Assembly (NCBI GenBank): GCA_951406725.2
Contig: OX597836.1
Coordinates: forward strand, 36,022,001-36,086,000
From: Octopus vulgaris
Taxonomy: Eukaryota
Direction of reading: 5' to 3'
Length of the DNA stretch: 64,000 nucleotides
A model generated the notes under the pieces. That model was not told the origin of the DNA and did not search any database. It was given only the letters and a program-made list of their open reading frames with translations. Below are positions 30,081 through 44,330 of this stretch, piece after piece. Each line of letters opens with the position of its first letter. Positions within the stretch are counted from its first letter, which is position 1. The position numbers and the translations under genes are program-made.

Positions 30081-30628
30081 TTGTGGTAGTAGTAGAATGA
30101 CGAATGCTCGCACCTAAAACTGTTAATGTTTTGCGTCTAATATTTTATTTTAAAAGCATACTTGATTTTCCCCTTACGTGTAATTTCGTCCTTGCGAAAG
30201 GGTCATCTGCTTTGGTCCCTGGCCAACCAAATACATGCATGTGAATTTTGAAAGGAGCCCGTCATACCATACACACAGATACAACCACACACACACACAC
30301 ACAAACACACGCACACATGCACGCACATATAGTGAAGGTACATGACTCAGTGGTGAGGATGTGTGTTCGATTACCGGACAAGGCTGTGTGTTGTGTTCTT
30401 GAGCAAGACACTTTATTTCACATTACTCCAGTTCACCCAACTGTAGGAATGAGTTACGAATTCACTGATGCCAAGATTTATCGGCCTTTGTCTTTCTCAG
30501 CCCTGTAAGGTTAGGGTTCAAACGAAGCTTTTCACGTTACAATTAAAGCCAGGTATGTCTCAGCACCTCTTCGTACATATCTAACCAAAAGATCCGAATT
30601 CAATATAATTGTTTAAAATTTGGCACAC

Positions 30629-30790
30629 GGCGCAGGAGTGGCTGTGTGGTAAGTAGCTTGTTTACCATCCACATGGTTCCGGGTTCAGTCCCACTGCGTG
30701 GCACCTTGGGCAAGTGTCTTCTACTATAGCATTGGGCCAACCAAACCCTTGTGAGAGGATTTGGTAGGCGGAAACTGAAAGAAGCCCGTC

Positions 30791-30839
<49 letters not shown>

Positions 30840-31036
30840 TGTGTTTGTGTGTCTGCGTTTGTCCCGATGCTGGTGTGTTTGTGTCCCCGTTAATTAGCGG
30901 TTCGGCACAAGAGAGCGATTGAATAAGTACTGGGCTTACAAAAGAATAAGTCCTGGGGTTGAGTTGCTCGATTAAAGGCGGTGCTCCAGCATGGCCGCAG
31001 TCAAATGACTGAAACAAGTAAATGAATAAAAGAGTA
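30629..31036 (+). mobile_element. SINE family B
   Basis: Near full-length match to other copies, with internal (TA)n. Confidence 0.85.
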
Positions 31037-31198
31037 AGGTCAACAAATTCTGAAGGAGAGGGGTCAGTCGATTACGACGATCCCAAAATTTGACCAGTAC
31101 GTTATTTTATGTATATAGAGATCATAGAACGGTAAGTTAACCTCGGCAGTTTTCTTTTACTCAGAGAATAATGAGAAGAAAGAATATATCACTGAGCT

Positions 31199-31606
31199 AT
31201 CATGATCATCATTGTTCGACTGTGGTCGAGACAATGGAATTTACTATGCTACGCCAGACTTCACGGTCCATCATAGCATTACGGAGGTCCTGTTGCTGGA
31301 TGCCTCTATCCCTGGAGATTACATCAGGGTAGGAGAGTGTGCGCCCTCTGGTATCGCGAGCTGATGGCTTCCAGAGGAGAAGAGTAGAACTTACCTCGTT
31401 TTCAGCCCTACAACAATGTCCAGCAAACTGGATTCTTCTACCTTTCACAAGAGATGATACAGGTGGTGATTTCCCATATATTTGTACTTTGGTTGGATGA
31501 CGCTTCCACGAGAGATTTTGAGCTCTCATAAGGAGGCGAGAGTAAGTTCATTTCAACCGCCTCTCAAGCTTCTTTGATAACGTCCAGGTTTCTGAGCCAT
31601 ATTTCT
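31199..31606 (-). mobile_element. RTE-clade LINE 3' fragment inserted into an old SINE-A
   Basis: ORF 31209..31529 (SWKRHPT..IYG..RRIQFAGHC.R..LLLWKP..RGR..AMMDREVWR), upstream YGSETWTL, short ATG-repeat-like tail, imperfect TSD ctgagc(t/a)at. Confidence 0.8.
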
Positions 31607-32155
31607 GAGCAATCTATCCGACGTGCTAAAAACTCTGCCAGCTCGCCGGCTTCCGAAAGGAACACAGCGTAGAGCTAAAATGTAGCTATACGTCGGGGTT
31701 ATTAACGTAGCGGTTTAGATGGATCTGTACGTTGCAGCTAGCAAGCTGTAAAATGTAGCCGTCGTTCGATTGCGGCAAAATAATAGGTAACTACGATGAC
31801 TGTTGAAGTTATAACGAACAACTTTGTAACGCGTAAACGTGGTGAAAAGAAACATCGAAAAGAAAGGAATATTATTTGCATGTTTATATTAGCGGGGCGA
31901 GTGGTTAGTAGTTAGTAAAACTGCAGTAATTGTACATAGTGTACATGACAGAGGTTTCGCTCGGTAGTGTGGAAGTTACGTTCTGCTGTTAGAGAGAGAG
32001 AGAGAGAGAGAGAGTGCGTAAGGATAGCACTCCAGTGAGAGGAAAAAAGGGAAGGTGAGTTTGTCCCTTCTTGATTTCGGCCGATAGTTGCTCTTCTTTT
32101 GCCGACGAGATGTCGAAGATAAGTGTTACTCTTGGTCCGCTGTAGACCGAAGAGT

Positions 32156-32215
<60 letters not shown>

Positions 32216-33106
32216 GAGACAGAGAGAGACAGAGAGACGGAGACAGAGACAGAGAGACAGAGAGAGAAATGAAATATTCTCTTGTTATATGGACTATGGT
32301 TGGATGTAGGAAAAATCCTAAACAAAGGACTGACCTTTAAGTGACCACGTAAAAAGTTCTTAGGTCAAGCGTTTTCCATTCACCATCCAGTGCGGAGATG
32401 CAAAGGCAGAGGGATTTGAGAAGTGGTTGACAAGCAACAAGCGAGTGGATTCAGTTTCGAATCACAGACAAATTCAAGTGACGTCCTTACAATAGTAAAC
32501 CACCGGAGCAATCAGCTAAACAAGCCGTATAATTTACATGCTGTCACTGACATATATGAAAGTAGAGCTAGACGGACATTTTGAAACCATGATATGACGA
32601 CGTAGTTAAAATGTGTTGCAGTACCACGTAAAACAAAGCACACATAAGGGTTTCGTGGACCAAAAAAAAAATAGCTAATACTTAGAAATCAATGGAAAAT
32701 ATCGAAAATCTAATAAACACGCAAGACAACCAGTTAAATAATATATTGGACGTGAGATAAACATTGAATATTTCTTTGTAGTGTAAATAATTTCAATGAA
32801 AATAACACCAGCAACAATAACGATACGACTACTGATACATGGCTGGTCATCAAAACATGATTATAAATAGAACAGGAAATTAAAAACAATCGCTACTGGA
32901 CAACGAAAACAAGATTACTTTCTAATAATGACAATGAAAGATGAAGTACTGAAAGTGGAAATGTGTCATTGGATGTTGTCTACAGCAACGTTTGCTAGCA
33001 ATAGATGTTCCGTATGACGGTCTCTCAATTATGCTAAACCACTACAGTTATATTGACTGGATATTATGGCTTTGTAAGATGAGGATAACGCAAGTCCTGA
33101 CATCTC

Positions 33107-33331
33107 CGAGCTGGCAGAAACGTTAGCACGCCGGGCGAAATGCGTAGCCGTATTTCGTCTGCCGTTTCGTTCTGAGTTCAAATTCCGCCGAGGTCGTCTT
33201 TGCCTTTCATCCTTTCGGAGTCGATAAATTAAGTACCAGTTACGCACTGGGGTCGATGTAATCGACTTAATCCATTTGTCTTTCCTTGTTTGTCCCCTCT
33301 GTGTTTAGCCCTTGTTGGTAGTAAAGAAATA
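33107..33331 (+). mobile_element. SINE family A monomer
   Basis: Head and one body. Confidence 0.85.
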
Positions 33332-35636
33332 TATTATCATTGTTACCCCTTATTTTCCATTATTTCTTTATTGCCTCGTTTCCGTGTGGATAGCTGCCAT
33401 TGAATGTTGCATTCATTGACAGAGCTCTGTCAAAGAATGTGTATAGCAGCAGATATTAACATTTTTTTTTACAATTTATTGAACTGTTTTTTTTCGCCCC
33501 AAACAAACATTTTTCATATAAATGAAGTTAATTTTTGTACTATTTTGATTGATAATTTCAGTTATTAGAGCACTCTTAGCTACTTTACATTTCGAAGAGC
33601 ATATTTGAAATCGTACGAAGAGGAATGATGATGTCACTGATGGTCGTTTATCTTTATCCATCATCTCTCCACTTAAATAGACTCCATCCGTTTCGAAGTA
33701 GTGCTTTGTCCTACAGAGAACGTCTAAGATATATTATTTAAAAGTCTTTTTTTGAAATTGATGTGCTTTGGGTATTAGATTGTTGCTTTTAGCAAGTCTT
33801 TCTTGTTGGTTTTGTTTCAAAATGGCTGTTGTACCCTCGGTGGCAGCAGTGGCAACTTGTTGTCAGGTATTGCATCAGCCAAAAAGCTGCTGGGGAAGCA
33901 TAAATCAAGAAGAATAGCAGATGTATACACGCAACTGACGACACGGCGGTGAACAATGCTAGCATACAATTATGATGACAGATAAAAATTTTCACTACAG
34001 GAATTTTAAGCGAATATATGCATCGACACGCAAAGCATGAAGTGATGACAATCAATCTCTTTTCATGACCTCATCATGTTCCATTTGTTAATATGGTTAG
34101 AGAAATGCTCCTGAGCAGAGGCGAGGTGCTATGTTGTAAGGTGTACGATGTGTAACAAAAGTGACTTTGACATGTCCTTTAGTCTTTTTTTTTCTTCTTA
34201 ATTAAACGAAATACGGAGTGTAGCGTTAGATTTTAATGAAGTTCGATTTTTGCTGAATAACCTTTTGAATTTTCATTGTCAGATACTGGCTGAATTTTAA
34301 ATATGACACATAACATTGGTTCATAAATTTTAAATTTGATGCTACGTTAATTTGTCATATTTCAGCGTCTGAGGGCCTATCTGTTACAGAAGCATATTTT
34401 AACATCTTAATGTTCTTGTATAATAGATGTTAGTGGAAGATATTTTCTGGCTAATAATAGAGGTGATTGCTGTTGCTAAATTGCCCAAGGATATATTTGT
34501 ACAAGCTCTACAAAGTCTTGTGAAGTGGAAGAGGCGAATAAATAAACAAGTGTGTGAATGATGCTAATATGAAAACAACCATTAAACAGTGAGTAGTTTG
34601 ATGGTCAGGATAGAAATGAAATTAATTTTTAATTAAGATTTCAGTGTGGTACTAACGTAGGAAACCAAAGCTGACAAGACTTTAAGAAATAAAGATAATC
34701 GGATTTTTATAATGAATTCGAGATCGAAAAAATAAATATGAATAATTTAGAATCTTACGTATTAAGACACGATAGAAATAATATGCTTAATATAATTGAC
34801 TCTTCGGGCAGTTCTACAGTTCTATTTTAGATTGTGTTGCATATTACATTGTTTTGTATCATATTAGCAAAGATTGATCTTCTTCTTTTAATGCTGGGAT
34901 CCTCAATTGTGATGTAATTCTAGAGAATAAAATGCTAATTGTAATTTTTATCCTTAAGCCAGTTATTCCTACCGACTTGATGTCAATGTGTTACGAGTTA
35001 TGGTCATCTCGTTGTTTGGAAGATTCAGACAACGTGTCATTCTCCATCCCTGTTTTGGCAAAATATAATAGGATTTTTATGTACCATTTAGTCAACTTTC
35101 ACTACACTGATCTTTAACCAATAACATTATAATCAAAACTTTTCACATTATTTGTTTCAAACGTGATGCATGCTTTTGACTTGTAGATTATTGGCAGTTA
35201 ATTCCGGGACCTTATTGCCAAAAAATATTAAAAACGTATATATTTTGGTAGAATAACGACACGTGTTTCGTGGCTATATTTAAGAAATGAGTTTTCTCTG
35301 TTCCTATTATTGTGTGTGATATGCGAATATACTGATTGCTTACGAATCGGATAAAATGTACGTTTTCTGAGTTTTAAGATGACTCTTTGTACTTATAGCA
35401 GGATACTGATGATGTGCATACATAACTGCATAATGTTCTACAAACCTTTGATATTTGGAGCTAATTTGTTTCGTAATTTTAGGCAGTCGTGGGAAAGTGG
35501 AGAAACAAAGAGACTGGCATACGTGCTTAGCCTTAAGAACGTTGCGATCGAGTATATATAGATTTAAAAGCGCTCCGACCATGATTGTCGCAGCTGTGAG
35601 TGTTATGTAATGAATTATTCCATTTTACGTTTGTAT

Positions 35637-36057
35637 TACTCTCTTTTACTCTTTACTTGTTTCAGTCATTTGACTGCGGCCATGCTGGAGCACGGCCTTT
35701 AGTCGAGCAAATTGACCCCAGACCTTATTCTTTGTAAGCCTAGCACTTATTCTCTCGGTCTCTTTCGACGAACCGCTAAGTTGCGGGGACATAATTACAT
35801 TAGGATCGGTTGTCAAGTGATGTTGGGGGGAACAAACACAGACAGACAGACAGACACACACACACACACACATGCACATATATATATACATATATACGAC
35901 AGGCTTTTTCAGTTTCTGTCTACCAAATCCACTCACAAGGCTTTTGTCCGTCCCGAGGCTATATAGCAGAAGACACTTGCCCAAGTTGCCACGCAGTGGG
36001 ACAGAACCCGGAACCATGTGGTTGGTAAGCAAACTACTTACCAAATAGCCACTCTTG
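35637..36057 (-). mobile_element. SINE family B
   Basis: Reverse-complement near full-length copy. Confidence 0.85.
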
Positions 36058-36551
36058 TATAATGTGATTCGAAGTAAAAGAGCGATTATGTAGAGGTTCG
36101 TAAAAATGAAATTTTTATGAAAGACTGAAAAAGTTGGAGAGTAATATTGGTTTCAAATTTTGGCACCAGGCCAGCAATTTCGGGTTTGGGAGGGGGAGTC
36201 GATTATATCGAGCCCAGTGTTTAACTGGCACTTATTTTATTGACTCCGCAGTACAAAAGGCAAAGGACATACTGGCGGTATATGAATTCAAAACATCAAG
36301 TTGGAAGAAATGTAGTAAGGCTACTAATTTCTGGGAGCGGGTAAGTGGTCTACACCGATCCCAGGAGTCGAAAGGTTCTTATTTTATCGACCCCCCCAAA
36401 AAAAAAAAATAAAGAAGAAGAAATGAAAGGTAAAGTCGACCTCGGTGGTACGTTTACAGTAGAATATTACCATTTCTTTATTTCCGAAACAATTACTATA
36501 TTTATCAAAACAATTATGTTTCTCAAGGTATGTATTTAATATTTCGATTAA

Positions 36552-36967
36552 GGCGGTGAGCTGGCAGAAACATTAGCACGCCGGGCGAAATGCTTAGCGG
36601 TATTTCGCCTGTCGTTACGTTCTGAGTTAAAATTCCGCCGAGGTCGACTTTGCCTTTCATCCTTTCGGGGTCGATAAATTAAGTACCAGTTACACACTGG
36701 GGTCGATGTAATCGACTTAATATCTATGTCTGTCTTTGTTTGTCCTCTCTATGTTTAGCCCCTTGTGGGTAATAAAGAAATAGGTATTTCGCCTGCCGTT
36801 ACGTTCCTAGTTAAAATTCCGCCGAGGTCGACTTTGCCTTTCATCCTTTCGAGGTTGATAAATTAAGTACCAGTTACGCACTAGGGTCGATATAATCGAC
36901 TTAATTCTTTTGTCTGTCTTTGTTTGTCCTCCCTGTGTTTAGTCCCGTGTGGGTAGTAAAGAAATAG
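36552..36967 (+). mobile_element. SINE family A, head + 2 bodies
   Basis: Junction aaagaaataggtatttc at ~36774..36790. Confidence 0.85.
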
Positions 36968-38094
36968 GTTTGTGTTTTCTATTTCCTCAACATTTAGCCT
37001 TTACAATAATGTTCCGATTACTGGAGGTGTTCTCAACGAATGACACCCTCCTTAGCAACTATAATCCTTCTTTTTTATGAAAATTACAACTCCGGAAAAA
37101 GCAGGCCTATGATTAGATAATTCTTATTATGATCATCTTATATTTTGAATATCATTTGATAAGCCACGAGTAAGTTATACAGTGTCTCCTCTTTCTAGAT
37201 CGTAGAGTGTGATATGTGAGCGATTATGGAGTTATTAGCTACTAGTTCTAGCAAGTCATGTGTCCAGTTCCTCATTGTCTCAGTCAAACATTAAAATGTA
37301 CTAAAGGATAATTCGCTTTTGTACTAGCCCTGTCCATAATTGCTTGTAATAGAGTTCTATATATTTTTTAATAAAAATGAAATTTTTGTTTTTAGTTAAT
37401 TTCACATCTTAGATTAGAATAGTGAAATAATTTCTAAGAGGAAGGAAATATTAAGAAACTTTTGTTACGCAATTGGTAATGGATGAGATAGTGATTATTA
37501 TCATGTTGATGAATTCTAATCATGAGTGGCAGAGAAAAAAAAAACTAGTTCTGGATATTAAGTATTAAAGATTAAAATTAAAAATAAGTCACAGTGGAAA
37601 GTTAGTCCTATTTTGGTAGCATGGGAATGTGTTTGGCGATCTTTGGATCATATTTCATTTCGCCATACTGTAAATTGTAAGTAAACCGAATAAACCGATA
37701 TCAGTGTCTTTACGTCACTGGAAAAAAGGATATATATTTGCAAAAGGGAACCTAATTTTCATCGACAACTGTGATTGTTAGAAGCTTATGACGGATCAAT
37801 ACCCAGAAACTCGAGTCCGCGTGTATCATAGGTTGAAGACGGGAAGGATGGCTTCCCTTTGCAAATACTGATAGGGCACAGAAAATTTGTCAATAGCCAG
37901 CTGGAGCTACAAGCTAGAGTAGCATCCACCCTTAGGGGCTAGCCATATTTAAATGGCAAATATACTTCACGATATCACGATATGTTGCAGCTACTGTTTA
38001 TAATTCGCTCTGAGATCTATTATTGCTTGTTTACACAAACCGAATTTTCATAATAGAATATATTCCAGTGGGTGTATATTCATAATATTCAGTA

Positions 38095-38478
38095 CTAGCA
38101 GTATCGCCCGGCGTTGCTCAGGTTTGTAAGGGAAATAACTATAAAGCATTTTTAGAGAGTTATAGCCAAAAAACAGCAAAAAAATGGAAAAAAATTATGG
38201 TAAATTTTTTTTGATAGTTAAAAAAGGTGGAGTTGCGTCCCCTACACAGTTTGTGGTTTGTGTTCCTGATTCTCGACCCCATGTCGAATTTATCGACTTT
38301 TTTCAGAACTGGGGGAACTTTTCAAAATTTTCGCTGCGTTAGTTTTGAATTATGACATTGGGCTATGTGTGTGTCAAGTTTCATCAGAATCGGTTGAAAG
38401 CCGTGGTCAGGGTGAGGGTACAAGCAAACAGACACACAGAAACACGCACAGACAAACTGCCATTTATATATAGAGAGA
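38095..38478 (-). mobile_element. Non-autonomous Helitron
   Basis: Minus strand starts A|TCTCTCTATATATAAA and ends cctgagcaacgccggg (hairpin-like) cgatactg-CTAG|T; no TSD; second copy at 39956. Confidence 0.8.
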
Positions 38479-39071
38479 TAATAAAGAACAGAAAAAATGG
38501 TGACAAACCTATTACATTCTTGACATAATGCTTATGTTTAATACACTCGACGAATAACACTGTGACACATATAAAGACCAGATATAAACTATGCTTGATT
38601 CTACTTATTATCGTTGCTGCTGTTTAACCCTAAAGTCTAAGGGGATTAACTCCTTAAAGCGTTTCAGCAATGAAGAGGACAACCGTTGCTTTCTTTTAAA
38701 ACATGTTCATAAATTCATTATCAAATGTTGCCTTGTGTCTTTTAAACAGTAGGGTGTATTGATTATGATAGCATGATGATCGATCAACTAAGGAATCCCT
38801 CTTTGCCTTGCAGGATACTGGTAGTAACTGCTTCTAATTTAGGCAAAACGGCACCGATTTCCAAGGGTGATTGTAATTAAATTACTTTGAACACTAGTAA
38901 TTCACTGATACGTTGTTTTATTCACTCGTGTAGGAAGAAATGTGAAGTAAATTCAGCTGGATTTTGAGCTTACTTCAGGGAGATCACGGAAGTTATAAGT
39001 GGCACTGGTACCTCAGGCAAATGTCAAATCTTGTCTTGTATATTTTAAACAGTAGGTTTATGATAGAATAC

Positions 39072-39470
39072 GGCGGCGAGCTGGCAGAATGGTTAGCATG
39101 CCGGGCGAAATGCTTAGTGGTATTTCGTCTGCCGTTATGTTCTGAGGTCGACTTTGCCTTACATCTTTTCGGAGTCGATTAAATAAGTACCAATTACAAA
39201 CTGGGGTCCATGTAATCGACTTAATCCGTTTGTCTGTCCTTGTGTGTCCTCCCTGTGTTTAGCCCCTTCTGGGTAATAAAGAAATAGGTATTTCGTCTGC
39301 CACTACATGCTGAGTTCAAATTCCGCCGAGGTCGACTTTGCCTTTCATCCTTTCGGGGTCGACATATTAAGTATCAGTTACGCACTGGAGTTGATGTAAT
39401 CGACTTAATCCGTTTGTCTGTCTTTGTTTGTCCCCTCTGTGTTTGGCCCCTTGTGGGCAGTAAAGAAATA
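39072..39470 (+). mobile_element. SINE family A, head + 2 bodies
   Basis: Junction gaaataggtatttc at 39281..39294. Confidence 0.85.
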
Positions 39471-39955
39471 GGAAGGAGCATACACGACGATGGGCATTTC
39501 GTTGGAATTGCTCGATCCGCTAGAAATAGCAGATAATATACCATGATACATGAATAAATCCAAACATGCATATATACATACATACATGCATACATAAATG
39601 CACACATGCATATAGACATATATATATATATATATATATATATAAATGTATGTAGATATATATGTACTTATGCATACGTGTATATTTATATACACATACA
39701 TACATACATTCACATATACATACTCATGGTTCTTTTGTCTGTAGTGTATCGAGTATTCTATGATTAAGTTGCACATCCATTTTTAATTTATTAAATTGTG
39801 TGTTGAACGAGGTTCCCGGGTAATGTCTTTGTTTGAAATATTTATTTGCCATGAATAAAAGGAATGTCAGCATTTGGTCTATTTTCAACTATTCCCATAA
39901 AGAAATAATCACGGGCAATATATTTTTCATCTCTCTCTCTCTCTTTATATATACA

Positions 39956-40550
39956 CTAGCAGTATCGCCCGGCGTTGCTCAGATTTGTAAGGGAAATAAC
40001 TATAAAGCATTTTTAGAGAGTTATAGCCAAAAAATAGCAAAAAAATGGAACAAAAATGATGGTAAATTTTTTTTGAGAGTTAAAACAGGTGGTGTTGCGT
40101 CCCCTAGACGGTCTGTGGTTTGGGTTTCTCATTCTCGACCCCATGTCGAATTTATCGATTTTTTTCAGAACTGGGGGAACTTTTCAAAACTTTCGCTGCG
40201 TTAGTTTTGAATTATGACTAAAGCATTTTTAGAGAGTTATAGCCAAAAAATAGCAAAAAAATGGAAAAAAAAATTATGGTAAATTTTTTTTGAGAGTTAA
40301 AACAGGTGGAGTTGCGTCCCCTAGACGGTCTGTGGTTTGGGTTTCTCATTCTCGACCCCATGTCGAATTTATCGATTTTTTTCAGAACTGGGGGAACTTT
40401 TCAAAATTTTCGCTGCGTTAGTTTTGAATTATGACATTGGGCTATGTGTGTGTCAAGTTTCATCAGAATCGGTTGAAAGCCGTGGTCAGAGTGAGGGTAC
40501 GAGAAAACAGACACACAGAAACACGCACAGACAAACTGCCGTTTATATAG

Positions 40551-40551
<1 letters not shown>
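39956..40551 (-). mobile_element. Non-autonomous Helitron with internal tandem duplication
   Basis: Same termini as 38095..38478; ~40002..40218 is repeated at ~40219..40436. Confidence 0.8.
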
Positions 40552-40586
<35 letters not shown>

Positions 40587-40839
40587 ATATATATATATAT
40601 ATGTATATATATCTATATCTATACCTATCTATCTATATCTATCTATCTATCTATATATATATATATATATATACATATATATATTTATATATATATATAA
40701 ACCTATATATACCTCTGAATTTTATATTTACGTATTAGAATTCGACCTTTGTGATCACCCCTCTGAAGGAGAATAACACGTTTGTTTCTTGAGTAAATGT
40801 ATGTGAGAGTATACATCCATACATACAGAGAGACAGGCA

Positions 40840-40888
<49 letters not shown>

Positions 40889-41557
40889 TCACACACACTC
40901 ACACACGCATAATGATAATAATAATATATTGTTTAGCATAATTTCATTTTTAACTTTACTATTTCTAGCCGATATTTACATATTAGCACCAAACTTGAAT
41001 TTTTAATACGGATAATAATTTCAAACTTTGCTGCCATTCAGAACAATTTTTATATGTATTTGTTTTAAATATACAGTGACGTGTATCTTAAGCGAAAATT
41101 CTAAAAGAAATTGAAAAACGAATTATACGGAAGAATTTTAATTTTTACCAAGAAAATTAATCTGCTCGATAAAATACAAAAATGAAATTTGTTATTTATA
41201 TTGATAATTCAAGTTTACGTATTTTACAGGAAATATTATTCTCTATAAAACAAAATAGTATTCAAATATTTTCAATTCCCACTACTTAATAGAACTATAG
41301 TATCGATTTTCTCTGTTCTTATGGAGCCTGCCAAGTTACACACAAACAAATACACAATATACATGTGTGTGGACGTGTCTGTGTGTGATTATATGTATGT
41401 ATGAAGGAATATACGATACATATATATAGTTATAAGTTATACGTTAAAACAAATTATATTTTATATATATATATTGTTTGTTTAAGTATTGGTTTATGTC
41501 TATCACTGTTTGAATTGCATAATAGTGGTTTTATCTATAATTTATATTATATTATAA

Positions 41558-41721
41558 GAGTGGCTGTGTGGTAAGTAGCTTGCTAACCAGCCACATGGGT
41601 CCGGGTTCAGTCCCACTGCGTGGCACCTTGGGCAAGTGTCTTCTATTATAGCCTCGGGCCGACCAAAGCCTTGTGAGTGGATTTGGTAGACGGAAACTGA
41701 AAGAAGCCCGTCGTATATATG

Positions 41722-41771
<50 letters not shown>

Positions 41772-41985
41772 CGTGTGTGTTTGTGTGTCTGTGTTTGTCC
41801 CCCTAGCATTGCTTGACAACCGATGCTGGTGTGTTTATATCCCCGTAACTTAGCGGTTCGGCAAAAGAGACCGATAGAATAAGTACTGGGCTTACAAAGA
41901 ATAAGTCCTGGGGTCGAGTTGCTCGATTAGAGGTGGTGCTCCAGCGTGGCCGCAGTCAAATGACTGAAACAAGTAAAAGAGTAAA

Positions 41986-41987
<2 letters not shown>
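41558..41987 (+). mobile_element. SINE family B
   Basis: Near full-length copy, close to the shared consensus. Confidence 0.9.
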
Positions 41988-42034
<47 letters not shown>

Positions 42035-42919
42035 GTGTATATATATATATATATATATATAATGTGTATGTGTAAGTATCAGTATACAATATACGTCTAT
42101 GTGTGTATGTGCATATGCATATAATAGTAGTTGTTATAACCCACAGATTAAGCAAACCAATGAGGTATTAAAGATCTCAATAGATGCATTTCTGGAATCA
42201 ATAAGTCTCCTTTATTTCTTTCATAACGTTTGTAGTAATACTTAATATTCCAGATCCACAAGTTTCTCCCGAAATTCTTTTATTTGGCTAAAGGGACTAA
42301 CTTCTAAAGGAAAAAAAATTCTAAATAACCAAATGAAAAAAAAAATTAACTGTATGAGTCCATTAGACCAAAAAAGTATCTTTTATTGATAAACTTTTGT
42401 TTCGTCGCATCGATTGATATTACTTTTCGAAAGCAGAAAACCAAAATCGTTATTATCAAAATCTATTAAGTTTCATCTAAAGAAGAACTCTTAGAGCGAA
42501 CTGAGTTCTCTGATGTGTATTGACGTAGTAGCGAAATTACATAATAATTTTACAAGCGATTTATAAAACATAACGACAAGATCATTATCAACGTAAAGGA
42601 AATAAGCAAAATGGGATATTTTTTTGTCTGGTAAACAGTAGTTTATGAAGCCAAGCGTGAACCCAGCTTTCACTATATCTAAACATCAGCATATGTTATA
42701 AAAGTTTAAAAGATATGTTGCCATTGCATAACATTCAGTACACATCAATCTCCGCATATGCAATCATATTATGTTATTTTATTATGTTCCATTTCAATAT
42801 ATTACGTTACATTATTATATCATATCATATCATATACTACGCTATATTATATTATGCAGCATCTTATTATCTTATAAAAGAAAGTTTAGTATCTACAGAG
42901 TGTAACGGTGGTATGAGAC

Positions 42920-43352
42920 TTACTCTTTTACTCTTTTACTCTTTTACTTGTTTCAGTCATTTGACTGCGGCCATGCTGGATCACCGCCTTTAGTCGAGCA
43001 ACTCGACCCCGGGACTTATTCTTTTTGTAAGCCCAGTACTTATTCTATCGGTCTCTTTTTGCCGAACCGCTAAGTGACGGGGACGTAAATACACACCAGC
43101 ATCGGTTGTCAAGCAATGCTAGGGGAACAAACACAAACACACAAACATACACGCACATACATATATATATATATATATATACGACTGGCTTCTTTCAGTT
43201 TCCGTCTACGAAATCCACTCACAAGGCATTGGTCGGCCCGGGGCTATAGTAGAAGACACCTGCCCAAGAAGCCACGCAGTGGGACTGAACCCGGAACCCG
43301 GAACCATGTGGCTGGTTAGCAAGCTACTTACCATACAGCCACTCCTGCGCCT
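42920..43352 (-). mobile_element. SINE family B
   Basis: Full-length copy inverted relative to 41558..41987. Confidence 0.9.
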
Positions 43353-43472
43353 TACATATTTTAAAAATATTTTTTAACCATCATCCAAGATTCAAGATAA
43401 TTGCTAGTGTGAATTTTAAGACTACACACACACGCACACAAAAACCCGCACAAACACACAAGCACACGTATG

Positions 43473-43514
<42 letters not shown>

Positions 43515-44121
43515 CATGCATGTATTCGTATTTATTAAATATGTACAAACACAGACAAGTTCATGTAACTTAACTAGTTAGGGTTAATTAGAAATTTAAT
43601 TATGCTATAAATTGTCAATAATAGTAATAATCATATTTGTGTGATCAAATCACAAGACACTTTCCCTACTAAATTATGTACCGGTTAATTCATTGAATAA
43701 ATATGAAACTACTCTTTGATTCGATGATCTTATATCAATGTTAGTTAACTGTCACAAGAAAACTAAACTCAGACATGCCGTCACATTAACGTGCGCGCAC
43801 ACACGCAAAAATAAGGAAAAATTGACACTAGAAAATAATGAAGGTAAAATCTCATATTTAAAATTATTAGCTTGAGACTCTGAGACATGAAGTGAGTTAA
43901 TTATGGGTTACACAAATTAGCCTCTTTTAGGATATGATGAAGTGTGGATAGAATAAAGGTGAAAGGATGGATACATACGAGGCATTGCTGGCTTTAAGGG
44001 TATCGCTAAAGGCCTGGCTGGAGAATCAATTTGTAGTTCGTTTACAGGGTTCAGAAATACTGGAGGACCGCTACAATTTATGTTCGAATCTGACAGGGGA
44101 ATATGTTGAATAAAATTATAA

Positions 44122-44330
44122 ACAACGAAACAATTCCAACCCTAGTAGGCGTATTAGGTATGATAAATGGACATTCAGATAAATGCATAACAAAAACACC
44201 AGGACTTACCAGTTTATATAACATACAGAAAATAGCACTAAAAGACACCGCCCACATCCTACGTAAAACACTTTCAATACAGTGAAAATAAGAACTTAAC
44301 AACAAACCACAGTTTATACTCAAGGCACAT
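44122..44330 (+). mobile_element. R4/Dong-type LINE 3' end (same family as 1..408)
   Basis: ETIPTLVGVLGMI...NIQKIALKDTAHILRKTLSIQ* plus a 3' UTR (acaacaaaccacag...caaggcaca) matching the reverse complement of the UTR in 1..76. Confidence 0.75.
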
